This document shows, in pieces, positions 19,738 to 28,683 of a stretch of 64,000 bases of DNA. The notes below the pieces were generated by a model that ran no database searches, was not told the DNA's origin, and saw only the letters and a program-made list of their open reading frames with translations. The translations under genes were made by a program, and so were the position numbers. The DNA lies in the NCBI GenBank assembly GCA_963708135.1, contig OY970192.1, positions 448,001 through 512,000 of the forward strand, given 5' to 3'. This DNA comes from an uncultured Gemmatimonadales bacterium. GTDB lineage: Bacteria > Gemmatimonadota > Gemmatimonadetes > Longimicrobiales > RSA9. Numbering within the stretch: position 1 is the first letter of the stretch; each line of letters opens with the position of its first letter.

Positions 19738-20538
19738 ATGATGAAGCAGGCATGGTGGGGCCGGACCGCCGCGGTGGCGGTGCTCGGCGCGGCGGTCGCG
19801 CTCGCGGGCTGCGATCAGGGCGCGACGGGGCCGCAGGGACCGGCGCAGGCGTCGCTGTCGTTCACGACTGGCACCGGCGGCGTGGCCGCGACGTCCGGCA
19901 TGGCCACGGCGGCCGACAGCGTGACCGTCGGTGACCACACACTCGTCATCGACTCCGTCCAGGTGGTGCTGGCGAAGATCGAGCTGGGCCGCGTCGAGGG
20001 CAGCGCCGCGTGCGACACGCTGGAGAGCGAGGATGCCTGCGAGGAGTTCCGCGCGGGTCCCGTGCTGGTCAACCTGCCGCTGGACAGCGGCGTGATCACG
20101 CCGTTCGAGACGGTGATCCCGGCCGGCACGTACGACCGCGTGAACATGAAGATCCACCGCCCCGAGGGCGACTCGGCGAGCTCGCAGTTCTCGTCCCTGA
20201 ACCCGGACTGGCCGCTGGACAAGAGCGTGCACATCATGGGCGAGTGGGATGGACAGCCGTTCGACCTCTACCTGGCCATGGAGGCCAACACCCAGGAGCG
20301 GCTGAGCCCGCCGCTCGAGGTGAGCGACACGACGTCGAGCGTCAACATCACGGTCTCCGTGGACGTGCACAGCTGGTTCATCGCCCGCGACGGCTCGCTC
20401 ATCGATCCGACCATGCTCACGCACGAGGGGAGCCTGATGGAGCAGGTCGAGCACAGCATCCGCTCCTCGTTCCGCGGCTTCGAGGACCACGACCGCAACG
20501 GCAAGGACGATCACGACGAGGGTCACGCACCCGACTGA
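19738..20538 (+). CDS. Lipoprotein, DUF4382-like beta-rich domain
   Basis: MMKQAWW...AVALAG-C lipobox; IPAGTYDRVNMKI motif; GGAGGA RBS. Confidence 0.75.
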   Translation: MMKQAWWGRTAAVAVLGAAVALAGCDQGATGPQGPAQASLSFTTGTGGVAATSGMATAADSVTVGDHTLVIDSVQVVLAKIELGRVEGSAACDTLESEDACEEFRAGPVLVNLPLDSGVITPFETVIPAGTYDRVNMKIHRPEGDSASSQFSSLNPDWPLDKSVHIMGEWDGQPFDLYLAMEANTQERLSPPLEVSDTTSSVNITVSVDVHSWFIARDGSLIDPTMLTHEGSLMEQVEHSIRSSFRGFEDHDRNGKDDHDEGHAPD

Positions 20539-20688
20539 GCCCGGCTGATACGATTCCCGCCCCTCGCCTGCCTCCGGAGGTCGGGAGGAGAGGGCGAGGG
20601 AGGCGCGGGACGCAAGCGGGGGAACGGCCGGCGGTCGCCGAGGTTCTGGCGGCCGCCGGTTGTTTTCCCATCCGGCCCGGTGGCGCGC

Positions 20689-21552
20689 CGGCAGCGCTCC
20701 GGCGGGGGCGGCTCCCTGCGCGACCGCCTCCGCTCGCTACGCTCGCTTCGCAAAAGCAGGGTCGCTCCGGGAGCCGTCCCCGCCTGCGCTATCGGCCTGG
20801 CACGGCAGGGATTCGGCAGCGCTTCGGCAGCGCTTCGGCGGGGGCGGCTCCCTGCGCGACCGCCTCCGCTCGCTACGCTCGCGCTTCGGCAGCGCTTCGG
20901 CGGGGGCGGCTCCCTGCGCGACCGCCTCCGCTCGCTGCGCTCGCTTCGCAAAAGCAGGGTCGCTCCGGGAGCCGCCCCCGCCTGCGCTATCGGCACGGCA
21001 CGGCAGGGATTCGGCAGCGCTCCGGCGGCGCTCTGGCAGCGCTCCGGTGGCGCTTCGGCAGCGCTTCGGCGGGGGCGGCTCCCTGCGCGACCGCCTCCGC
21101 TCGCTGCGCTCGCTTCGCAAAAGCAGGGTCGCTCCGGGAGCCGTCCCCGCCTGCGCTATCGGCACGGCACGGCAGGGATTCGGCAGCGCTCCGGCGGCGC
21201 TCTGGCAGCGCTCCGGCAGCGCTTCGGCAGCGCTTCGGCGGGGGCGGCTCCCTGCGCGACCGCCTCCGCTCGCTGCGCTCGCTTCGCAAGAGCAGGGTCG
21301 CTCCGGGAGCCGTCCCCGCCTGCGCTATCGGCACGGCACGGCAGGGATTCGGCAGCGCTCCGGCGGCGCTCTGGCAGCGCTCCGGCAGCGCTTCGGCAGC
21401 GCTTCGGCGGGGGCGGCTCCCTGCGCGACCGCCTCCGCTCGCTGCGCTCGCTTCGCAAGAGCAGGGTCGCTCCGGGAGCCGCCCCCGCCTGCGCTATCGG
21501 CACGGCACGGCACGGCAGCGCTCCGGCAGCAGCTCCGGCGGGGGCGGCTCCC
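20689..21552. repeat. Tandem array of ~169-bp REP/BIME-like palindromic units
   Basis: gggggcggctccctgcgcgaccgcctccgctcgct recurs at about 20704, 20840, 20902, 21071, 21240 and 21409 (169-bp period for the last four). Confidence 0.92.
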
Positions 21553-21654
21553 TTGGTTGGTTCTGGACAGGCGGGGCTTCTCGGCCGATCTTGCTGGCCG
21601 GGATCGATCCCGGTCTCGGAACCCGAGCCGATCACGCCGGAGAAAGGGTCGCCG

Positions 21655-22473
21655 ATGCGCCGCGCGCTTGCGCCGTCGCCGTCCATGCTCGTGCCGCGGG
21701 CCCTGGCCTCCTTCCTCGGCCTGGGCCTGCTCCTGCTCGCGCCGGGCGCCGGCCGGGCGCAGGACGACACGGAGATCCAGGTCTACGGCGCCGCGCTGGT
21801 GCCGCCGCACACCACCATGTTCGAGCTGCACAGCAACTTCACGGTGGCGGGGCGGCGCGAGATCGTGGACGGGCTGTGGCCGAGCAACCACGCGGTGCAC
21901 GAGACGCTCGAGATCACGCACGGCTTCACGCCCTGGCTCGAGGTCGGCTTCTACACCTTCACCAGCGCGCGCGCAGGCGACGGAGTCCGCTGGGTCGGCA
22001 ACCACATCCGCCCCCGCGTCGCCATCCCGGAATCCTGGCACTGGCCCGTGGGCCTCAGCCTCTCGCAGGAGATCGGCTACGAGGTCCGCTCCTTCTCCGA
22101 GGACACCTGGACCTGGGAGATCCGCCCCATCATCGACAAGCGCTTCGGCCCGCTCTACGTCTCGCTCAACCCCGTGCTCGAGCGCGCCTTCAAGGGGCCG
22201 GGCACCGCCGACGGGCTGGCATACTCCCCCAACGCGGCCGTCAAGCTGGACGTGACGCCGAAGGTCACCGCCGGCGTCGAGTACTACGGCGGCCTCGGCT
22301 CCACCGCCGAGGGCTTCCTCCCCTACGCCGAGCAGGACCACCAGCTCTTCCCGACCATCGACCTCAACCTGTCCCCCGACTGGGAGTTCAACTTCGGCGT
22401 CGGCTGGTCGCTCACGGACACGACGGACCATACAGTCGTGAAGATGATCGTGGGGAGGCGGGCGGGATTCTGA
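21655..22473 (+). CDS. Putative outer-membrane beta-barrel protein
   Basis: Signal peptide ending AGRA-QD; EIQVY, ELHSNF, EITHGFTPWLEVGFY; amphipathic strands; C-terminal Phe. Confidence 0.75.
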   Translation: MRRALAPSPSMLVPRALASFLGLGLLLLAPGAGRAQDDTEIQVYGAALVPPHTTMFELHSNFTVAGRREIVDGLWPSNHAVHETLEITHGFTPWLEVGFYTFTSARAGDGVRWVGNHIRPRVAIPESWHWPVGLSLSQEIGYEVRSFSEDTWTWEIRPIIDKRFGPLYVSLNPVLERAFKGPGTADGLAYSPNAAVKLDVTPKVTAGVEYYGGLGSTAEGFLPYAEQDHQLFPTIDLNLSPDWEFNFGVGWSLTDTTDHTVVKMIVGRRAGF

Positions 22474-22560
22474 GGGGCGTCGGGGCGTCGGGGCGCCGGG
22501 GCGTCGGGGCGCCGGGGCGTCGGACCCGGGTATCGGACCCGGACCCGGGCCCGGACCCGG
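22474..22560. repeat. Octamer (GGGGCGYC) and hexamer (GGACCC) simple repeats between convergent genes
   Basis: ggggcgtcggggcgtcggggcgcc...; ggacccggacccgggcccggaccc. Confidence 0.8.
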
Positions 22561-22581
22561 GTTGTTAGGGGGGCCCGCCCG

Positions 22582-23688
22582 TTACCCGAAATACGTAAGG
22601 CCATGCAGGAGCAGCAAGCGACACATGGCGTGCGTGATCCATCCGGGATAGAGCAGAGGCAAGGCCGCACCGAAGCGATTCCCGACGTACCAATCGAATC
22701 CCACCGGATTCTGGTGGCCCGGCACCGGCGTATTGCGGTAGACCACCATCCTCCTGGCACGCCAGTGCGCGGCCGGTCGCGCGGCCTGGCCGTCCATATC
22801 GAAGGCCATCTGCGTCATGGCCGGGACGTGGGCCCCACCCGTGTGGAAGCTCCGTTGCGCCCAGATGCCGTTGCTGAAGCTCGAGGTGAAGATCTTGTCG
22901 AATTCGAACCTGGTGCGCAGGGCGAGAGGATCGATCGAGTCGATCACCTGCGTGATCACCTCGGAGACCACCTCTCTCCAGTTCATCAGAAAGCTGCCCA
23001 GATTCGACTGTTGCGAGTTCTTGTAGAAAGGGATCACGAGGATCTGCTGCGCTCCCGAGTGGATGAGCTGCGTCCCCATGATCGACGTATAGTCATCCCA
23101 CAGCATGTGCCACTGCGTGAAGTCATCGTACGTCGCGTCCTGATACCCGCCCTGGTACGGTGAAGGCGTGAAGAAGATGTGGGGCGAGCCGCTCCCGCCG
23201 GCGGCGAGCCTCGGCGGCACGACCACCCCGAACCATTTGATGGAGCTCCCCGTGACCTTCACTAGCTTGCGGGTCAGCGCCGCCACGTGGATTCCCAGGG
23301 GCTGAAGCGCGTCCTTGCCGGGCACGCTCGCCGGTTCCACCACCGTCCACCCCTGCGCCTGCGAATCCCCGCTCTCCACCGTGGCGGTGATGCCGGACGT
23401 CGCACCCCCTCCGGAGGTCGCACCCCCTCCTCCCTGACCACACAGCGTAGCCAACGTCTTGCCCTTGGGATCCACGCGGTTGTCAGGCCATTGAAATCCA
23501 CAGGCAACCTTCTGGAACCTGCCGATGGCTCCGATCGTCTTGGACCATGCGAAGCCATCGACGGCGAGCTGGACGAGCGGACCGCCGCTCTCGGGAGGGA
23601 CGCCATTGAGGAGCTTCTGTACGAGCCTCACGTCCTCGCGGATGTTGACTCCGCCCTTGCCTACCGACGCACTGATCGAGCAGTCCAT
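22582..23688 (-). CDS. Hypothetical protein: peptidoglycan-binding-like N-terminus plus possible alpha/beta-hydrolase domain
   Basis: SISASVGKGGVN...DVRLVQKLLN...AIGRFQ...RVDPKGKTL; Gly linker; SFSNG motif; visibly lower GC than flanks. Confidence 0.65.
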   Translation of the reverse strand: MDCSISASVGKGGVNIREDVRLVQKLLNGVPPESGGPLVQLAVDGFAWSKTIGAIGRFQKVACGFQWPDNRVDPKGKTLATLCGQGGGGATSGGGATSGITATVESGDSQAQGWTVVEPASVPGKDALQPLGIHVAALTRKLVKVTGSSIKWFGVVVPPRLAAGGSGSPHIFFTPSPYQGGYQDATYDDFTQWHMLWDDYTSIMGTQLIHSGAQQILVIPFYKNSQQSNLGSFLMNWREVVSEVITQVIDSIDPLALRTRFEFDKIFTSSFSNGIWAQRSFHTGGAHVPAMTQMAFDMDGQAARPAAHWRARRMVVYRNTPVPGHQNPVGFDWYVGNRFGAALPLLYPGWITHAMCRLLLLHGLTYFG

Positions 23689-23890
23689 GGGATGCTCCCT
23701 CCATCAGCTCGGAGATCCATCGACATCCTCCTCCCGGCCAGCCGGGGGACGATCATACGGCGTAACCACAGGACAGCGCAGGGTTCCGCCGGGCGCGAGA
23801 AATATGGGTGCCAGGTGCGGCAGGACCGGCGCTTTGCATCGGATACCGAGCGTGATCAGGATCCGGACGTCGCGGGACCCTCCCTCTTTC

Positions 23891-24813
23891 GGAGGACGTG
23901 GTGAGCGTCGTCGCCTACGACGACCAGGTGCAGACCGTGGCGGCGCGCGTGTCGGGCGCCGGGCGTGAGGCGCTGCTCGAGCGCATCGCCGGGCTCGGTA
24001 CCGGCGGCACGACGAACCTGTCGGGTGGGTGGCTGCGCGGGCGGGAGCTGGTGGCCGAGGAGCTCGCGCAGGGCGGTGTGAACCGCGTGCTGCTCCTCAC
24101 CGCCGGCCTCGCCAACGTCGGGATCACGGATCCCGGCCAGCTGCGGGACCTCGTGGCCTGGGCTCATGGCGCTCGCGGCGCAGAACGTCGCCGTCACCGT
24201 CGGGCCCGCGGCCGCCGTCCAGCTCGCGGCCGTCCACCACCGCTACCCACGCCGCCCGCTGCCGGGCGGCGCCCTCCGCCTCGAGCTCGGCGACCTCTAC
24301 GCCCAGGGGCCCCGCTCCCTCCTCGTGGAGTTCCTCCTGTCAGGCGACGCCGGCGGCGCCGAGACCGACGTCGCGACCCTCACCCTCGAGGGCCACGTCC
24401 TGCTCCCCGGCGGCGGCGTGGAGAAGCGCACGGTCGCGCTTCCCATCCGCGTCGCCCCGGGCGAGGGGCCGGTGGCGCAGCCGGGGGTGCGGCGCGAGCT
24501 GCTGCTGCTCGAGGCGTCGCATGCGCGCGAGGCCGCCCTCGAGGAGCGGGGCCAGGGCCAGGTCGAGGACGCCGCCCGCACCCTCCGCCGCGCCGCCGAG
24601 CGCCTGGCGCCGTACGCCCCCGACGACGCCGAGATCCAGGACCAGGTCGACGACCTGCGCGACATGGCCGAGCGGCTGGAGGAGGAGCGCCTCACCGTCC
24701 AGGACGCCAAGTGGATGCACCAGCGGGCTACGGCCGCGCGCAGAGCAAGCTGGCCTCGTACGAGGCGGCTCGCGGCCGAGCGCCGGCGGAAGCGCGGGGC
24801 GGGGGGGGAGTGA
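23891..24813 (+). pseudogene. VWA-domain gene relic: 5'-truncated, internal deletion/frameshift, C-terminal part retained
   Basis: Homologous to 32099-32360 (EDVVSVVAYDD, GGTTNLSGGW, VNRVLLLT) then jumps to the equivalent of 32522 (LMALAAQNVAVTV). Confidence 0.8.
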
Positions 24814-24835
24814 GCCGGTGAATCCGGACCGGCGT

Positions 24836-25180
24836 TCAGTCCCAGCGCAGGAGCGTCCCGAGCTTCTGGAGGACCTCCGTCACCGCTTCCGCCGGCGCTC
24901 GCCCGGCCCGCTCCGCCTGGCGGGCGCGCCAGTCAAGGCTTTTCACCTGATCCGCGAGCACGACCCCCGTGACCCTGCCGCGGGGGAGCTCCACCTCGAA
25001 AGGGTAGCCCTTCACCTGGGTGGTGATCGGACAGAGCAGCGCGAGGCCGACTGGACCGTTGTAGGCCGCGGGGGACAGCACAAGCGCGGGCCGGCGCCCG
25101 CCCTGCTCGTGTCCCGCCTGAGGCGTGAATTGCATCCAGACCAGGTCTCCCCGGTCCGGGACGTAGCTGCCGCGCTTCAC
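24836..25180 (-). CDS. mazF: MazF/PemK endoribonuclease toxin
   Basis: YVPDRGDLVW, PQAGHEQGGRRPALVLSP, CPITTQVKGYPFEV, LADQVKSLDWRAR. Confidence 0.95.
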   Translation of the reverse strand: MKRGSYVPDRGDLVWMQFTPQAGHEQGGRRPALVLSPAAYNGPVGLALLCPITTQVKGYPFEVELPRGRVTGVVLADQVKSLDWRARQAERAGRAPAEAVTEVLQKLGTLLRWD

Positions 25181-25419
25181 CAGGTCTCCGCGCCAACACC
25201 CGGACCGGTGTCGGTTTCCCCGTGCAGGTTCTCGGGCGTGATACCCGCCAGTAGCTCGTCCAGCGAGAAGGGAGACTCCGCCAGCGGCGTGATCACGAGA
25301 CGCCCCTCCTCGAGCGTGAGCTCCACCTCGGAGCCGTTGTCGAGAGCGGTCTCGCTGGCGAAGGATTTGGGGATCCGGAGCGCAAGGCTGTTGCCCCACC
25401 GCTGGACGCGCGTACGCAT
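25177..25419 (-). CDS. mazE: MazE (AbrB-type) antitoxin
   Basis: MRTRVQRWGNSLALRIP, LDELLAGITPENLHGETDTG; overlaps the mazF start. Confidence 0.95.
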   Translation of the reverse strand: MRTRVQRWGNSLALRIPKSFASETALDNGSEVELTLEEGRLVITPLAESPFSLDELLAGITPENLHGETDTGPGVGAETW

Positions 25420-25432
25420 GAAACGCCTCCTG

Positions 25433-25475
25433 ATGTATCTACATTGAAGATACCACGAATCGGGCCGAGCGCAAG
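25433..25475 (-). promoter_or_regulatory. mazEF promoter/operator
   Basis: Minus strand TTGCGC-N16-TATCTT overlapping palindrome GTATCTTCAATGTAGATAC, then AGGAGG RBS. Confidence 0.65.
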
Positions 25476-25694
25476 CATGCCCGAGGATACCGTCGCCGCG
25501 CAGGCGGCTGCCATAGCGGGATGCGGCAGCCCAATGCGCAGGCGCGCAGGTCCCGGGAGGCGCCGCGGACGCCGAACCCCTGTGCATGTGCATGTGCCTG
25601 TGCGGCGCTCGTTCCCGGTTCCCGTGATCCCGGGTGCGCCTCGCCCGCGCGACGTCCGCGACGAAGCCGCCGGGCCGCCCCCTCAAACATATCG

Positions 25695-25723
25695 TTGCGC
25701 GCGGCCCCACTATGTCCCATAAT
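25695..25723 (+). promoter_or_regulatory. sigma70 promoter of pafB-like relic (duplicate of 33777-33805)
   Basis: TTGCGC-N17-CATAAT. Confidence 0.6.
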
Positions 25724-25804
25724 CCCATGCGTTGCACGCCACCCCCTCGCCGCGCACGTCGGTCCACAGTCGGATAGTCCTTTCCAGCGTTCCCAGACGG
25801 CGAC

Positions 25805-25935
25805 GTGGCCATCACGAAGACCCAGCGCTGGCTCGACCTCATCGCGTTCCTCGTGCAACGGCATTTCCCCGTGCCCGTGGACGACCTCATGGACGGCGTC
25901 CCCGCCTACCGCCAGAAATGGCGCGCGGGCGACGA
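25805..25935 (+). pseudogene. 5' fragment of pafB-like WYL regulator
   Basis: VAITKTQRWLDLIAFLVQRHFPVPVDDLMDGVPAYRQKWRAGD nearly identical to 33888-34015, then homology ends. Confidence 0.88.
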
Positions 25936-25975
25936 GCGGGCGCAACGTGACAATGGACGGGCGCCGCCGCTGGAT

Positions 25976-26115
25976 TGGTCGATTCTGTACGGTATGCGTA
26001 TACGATGCAGCAGCGGCCGGCCAATGCAGGGGGCGCGTGTCACCTTGTGTTCGCATGGCGTATAGAATGCGGCAATGGGGCTCGCCGGGGCACCGGCTGG
26101 TCGATTGTGTTCGCC
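25976..26115. repeat. 60-bp-period imperfect palindromic array, family A copy 1
   Basis: CTGTACGGTATGCGTATACGAT (25985), TTGTGTTCGCATGGCGTATAG (26045), TTGTGTTCGCC (26105). Confidence 0.65.
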
Positions 26116-26248
26116 GGCCCGGCCGCGACGCCGGCGCCGGGCCCCGCCCCCGGCGCCCGGCCGCGACCGCGGGGCACGCCCGGCGGCAGCGGCGGCCTCG
26201 TCGCCTGACTGACATCCACCCTCCAACCATCGCTGGGATCGTGACCCC

Positions 26249-28324
26249 ATGAAGATCGGACGCAACGCGCCCTGCCCGTGCGGCTCGGGGCGAAAGTACA
26301 AGCACTGCTGCGAGGCAAAGGATCGGGCGGCCGAGCGCGAGGAGGCCGCGAGCGCCGGCGGCGGCCTCGGCGACGCGGCCTTCTCCCCCGCCATGCGGGA
26401 AGCCGCGCGGGCGGCCCCCGTCTGGGAAGCCGATGCCGTTCCGCTGCAGGCCGGGTTCGAGTCGGAGCCGACCGCCCGCCTCGTCGGCCTGCTGGTGCTG
26501 GCCGGCGGCCTGGTCGTTCACCACGACATGAACACCAGGCTGGGCGGTGAGCCGGACGACGTGGCGGAGGCGCTCGAGCGCGTGCTGGCCGGCGCGGCCA
26601 GGCGGGTGGGGCAGTGGCCGGCCGAGGTGCGGGTGCGCCACGGCGACGTCGCCGTCTCGCTGGGCACGCGCCTCGCGGACCGGCAGATCCAGGTCAACGT
26701 GGCCGAGGACCTGCCGGATCTTCGCGAGGCCGCGCTCTCCCTCATGGAGCACATCGCGGGCGCGGCCGCCTGGCCGCCGGTGTGCATGCCGGACTCGTGG
26801 GCCGGGTGGCGCCTGCCCAGGTCGCTGCTGGTGGAGCTCCTCGCCGCGGCGGAGCAGTTCTGGCGCGCCGCCCCCTGGCACGGCGCCGACAACCTCCAGG
26901 CCCCGCGCGTGCAGGCGCCGTCGGGGCGGGAGTGGACCGCGGCCGTGCTCGGGGCCGCCGAGGAGCAGTACGGGCTGGCCCTCTACTCGGACGAGAAGGA
27001 CCTCTTCCACGACGTCGCGGCCATGGATCCCGAGCAGCCGTTCGCCCACGTCCGCGGCCGCGTGCTGTCCCTCGCCTTCGAGCCGCCACGGGAGGCGCCT
27101 CCCGGGCTCGGTCGGGAGGTGCGCGCCCTCGGCTGGAGCGCACCGGGCGTGGTGCCGTGGCTGCTCACCATCAACACGCCGGGCGGCGGCATCTCGCGCC
27201 TGGACGCGCAGGACCTGACGGCCCTCCTGCGCTCCGTGCCCGCGTTCGTCGCCGCCCACGCGCGCGAGCTGGAGCGGGAGCGGCAGACGGCGAGGGCCGC
27301 CCGCATCGAATGGCATCACGCGGCCACGGCGACCAGCTTCCGCTATGACGGGCAGGCGGTCATGGAGCTCGGCCCCGAGTCCCGGGCCGGCCTCGGTCCC
27401 GACTCCCCGCGCGCCGTTTTCGAGGAGGTCCTCGCCGAAGTCGAGGCCGAGCTCGGCGCCGGCGCCGATGATGACCAGGTCCTCACCGCCCTGAACCAAC
27501 GGCTCGCGCGCAGGACCGGAGCGTACAACCAGCGCCCTCAGTCCGATCTCGGCGGCCTCTCTCCCGTCCAGGTCGGGCGCCTGCTCTACACCGAATGGGA
27601 CGCGGGCGATGGCGCGATCGCGCTGAACCGGGCGCTTCCTCCAGGCGACGTCTCCGACGCGAGCCTCGTCGCCCCCGTCCGCGCGCTGCTCGAGCTCGCC
27701 GCCCGCGAGGGCTCACTCCCGCTGACCGAAGCGGGCAACCTGCGTCTCGCCGTCGTGCGCGAGCTGCTCGAGCGCCTCGCCGGCCGCGGGGCGTTCGCGA
27801 TGCACCTCAAATTCGAGGGCACCCGCCTCCGCGAGGAGGACGTCTGGCCGCTGCACGTCGCGCGCGTCACGGCCGGCGTCGCAGGGCTCCTCCACAAGCG
27901 GAAGGGCGCCCTGAAGACGACCCGCCTGGGCGTGTCGCTGCTCCGCGATCACCGCGCCGGCGAGCTGTTCGCCCGCCTGTTCCGGGTGCGCTTCACGGAG
28001 CTGAACCTCGCCTTCGCCGATCGCCTCGGCGAGGAGTGGCCGGAGCTCCAGAGCCAGGCCGCGTTCACGATCTTCCGTTTCGGCGAGACTGCCGACACGT
28101 GGCGGTCGGCCGACTGGCTGCTCGAGCACGCCGTGCTGCCCTACGCCCTGGACGTGGCCCCGCGCTCCGACACACCGGGCGGCAGGCCAGCGAGCCTCCT
28201 CGCCCGCCGGATCCTCGACTCGCTCGTCGGCTTCGGCATGGCCGAGGCCGACGGTACGCGCCGGCCGGACGCCCGCTACAGGAAGACGGCGTTGTTCGAC
28301 CGCTTCCTGCGCTTCGACATCTGA
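26249..28324 (+). CDS. SEC-C zinc-motif multidomain hypothetical protein
   Basis: MKIGRNAPCPCGSGRKYKHCC; YNQRPQSDLGGLSP motif; long open frame with genome-like codon usage. Confidence 0.85.
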   Translation: MKIGRNAPCPCGSGRKYKHCCEAKDRAAEREEAASAGGGLGDAAFSPAMREAARAAPVWEADAVPLQAGFESEPTARLVGLLVLAGGLVVHHDMNTRLGGEPDDVAEALERVLAGAARRVGQWPAEVRVRHGDVAVSLGTRLADRQIQVNVAEDLPDLREAALSLMEHIAGAAAWPPVCMPDSWAGWRLPRSLLVELLAAAEQFWRAAPWHGADNLQAPRVQAPSGREWTAAVLGAAEEQYGLALYSDEKDLFHDVAAMDPEQPFAHVRGRVLSLAFEPPREAPPGLGREVRALGWSAPGVVPWLLTINTPGGGISRLDAQDLTALLRSVPAFVAAHARELERERQTARAARIEWHHAATATSFRYDGQAVMELGPESRAGLGPDSPRAVFEEVLAEVEAELGAGADDDQVLTALNQRLARRTGAYNQRPQSDLGGLSPVQVGRLLYTEWDAGDGAIALNRALPPGDVSDASLVAPVRALLELAAREGSLPLTEAGNLRLAVVRELLERLAGRGAFAMHLKFEGTRLREEDVWPLHVARVTAGVAGLLHKRKGALKTTRLGVSLLRDHRAGELFARLFRVRFTELNLAFADRLGEEWPELQSQAAFTIFRFGETADTWRSADWLLEHAVLPYALDVAPRSDTPGGRPASLLARRILDSLVGFGMAEADGTRRPDARYRKTALFDRFLRFDI

Positions 28325-28633
28325 GCCCCCGGACGACTCGCGCGACGCGCGAGTCGCCCCCCGGTACCGGAGCTGCCGCACATGCACACGCACACGGGTG
28401 AGCGGCAGGAGCGGCAACGAAAACCTTGCGCGCGCGCGCACGCGCGCGTAGATTGGCTTCAGCGTCGGACGATCCGGCGCGCGGGCGAGCAGTTAGGCCA
28501 CTTACTTGGCCCGGCCCGGCTCCCATGGGAGCGAACAGGGGACTAAAGGGTGGGAAGGGCCCGCGCGCCTTCCCAGGCCGCGGGCTTTCGTGCGCCCGGA
28601 GCCTTCGCTCGCCCGCCGTCGCCTGCCGCCCCC

Positions 28634-28656
28634 TGTCGGCCGATCCGCCCGATCTT
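28634..28656 (+). promoter_or_regulatory. Candidate PafBC-type (RecA-NDp-like) promoter of SNF2 helicase
   Basis: TGTCGG-N11-GATCTT (spacing one base longer than consensus) before RBS GAGGAGG. Confidence 0.4.
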
Positions 28657-28683
28657 CGACACGAGCCGTACGAGGAGGATCGG

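Noticed and set aside
20689..21552. Possible CRISPR array
   Set aside because: Units are ~169 bp and nearly identical throughout, with no unique spacers, leader or cas genes
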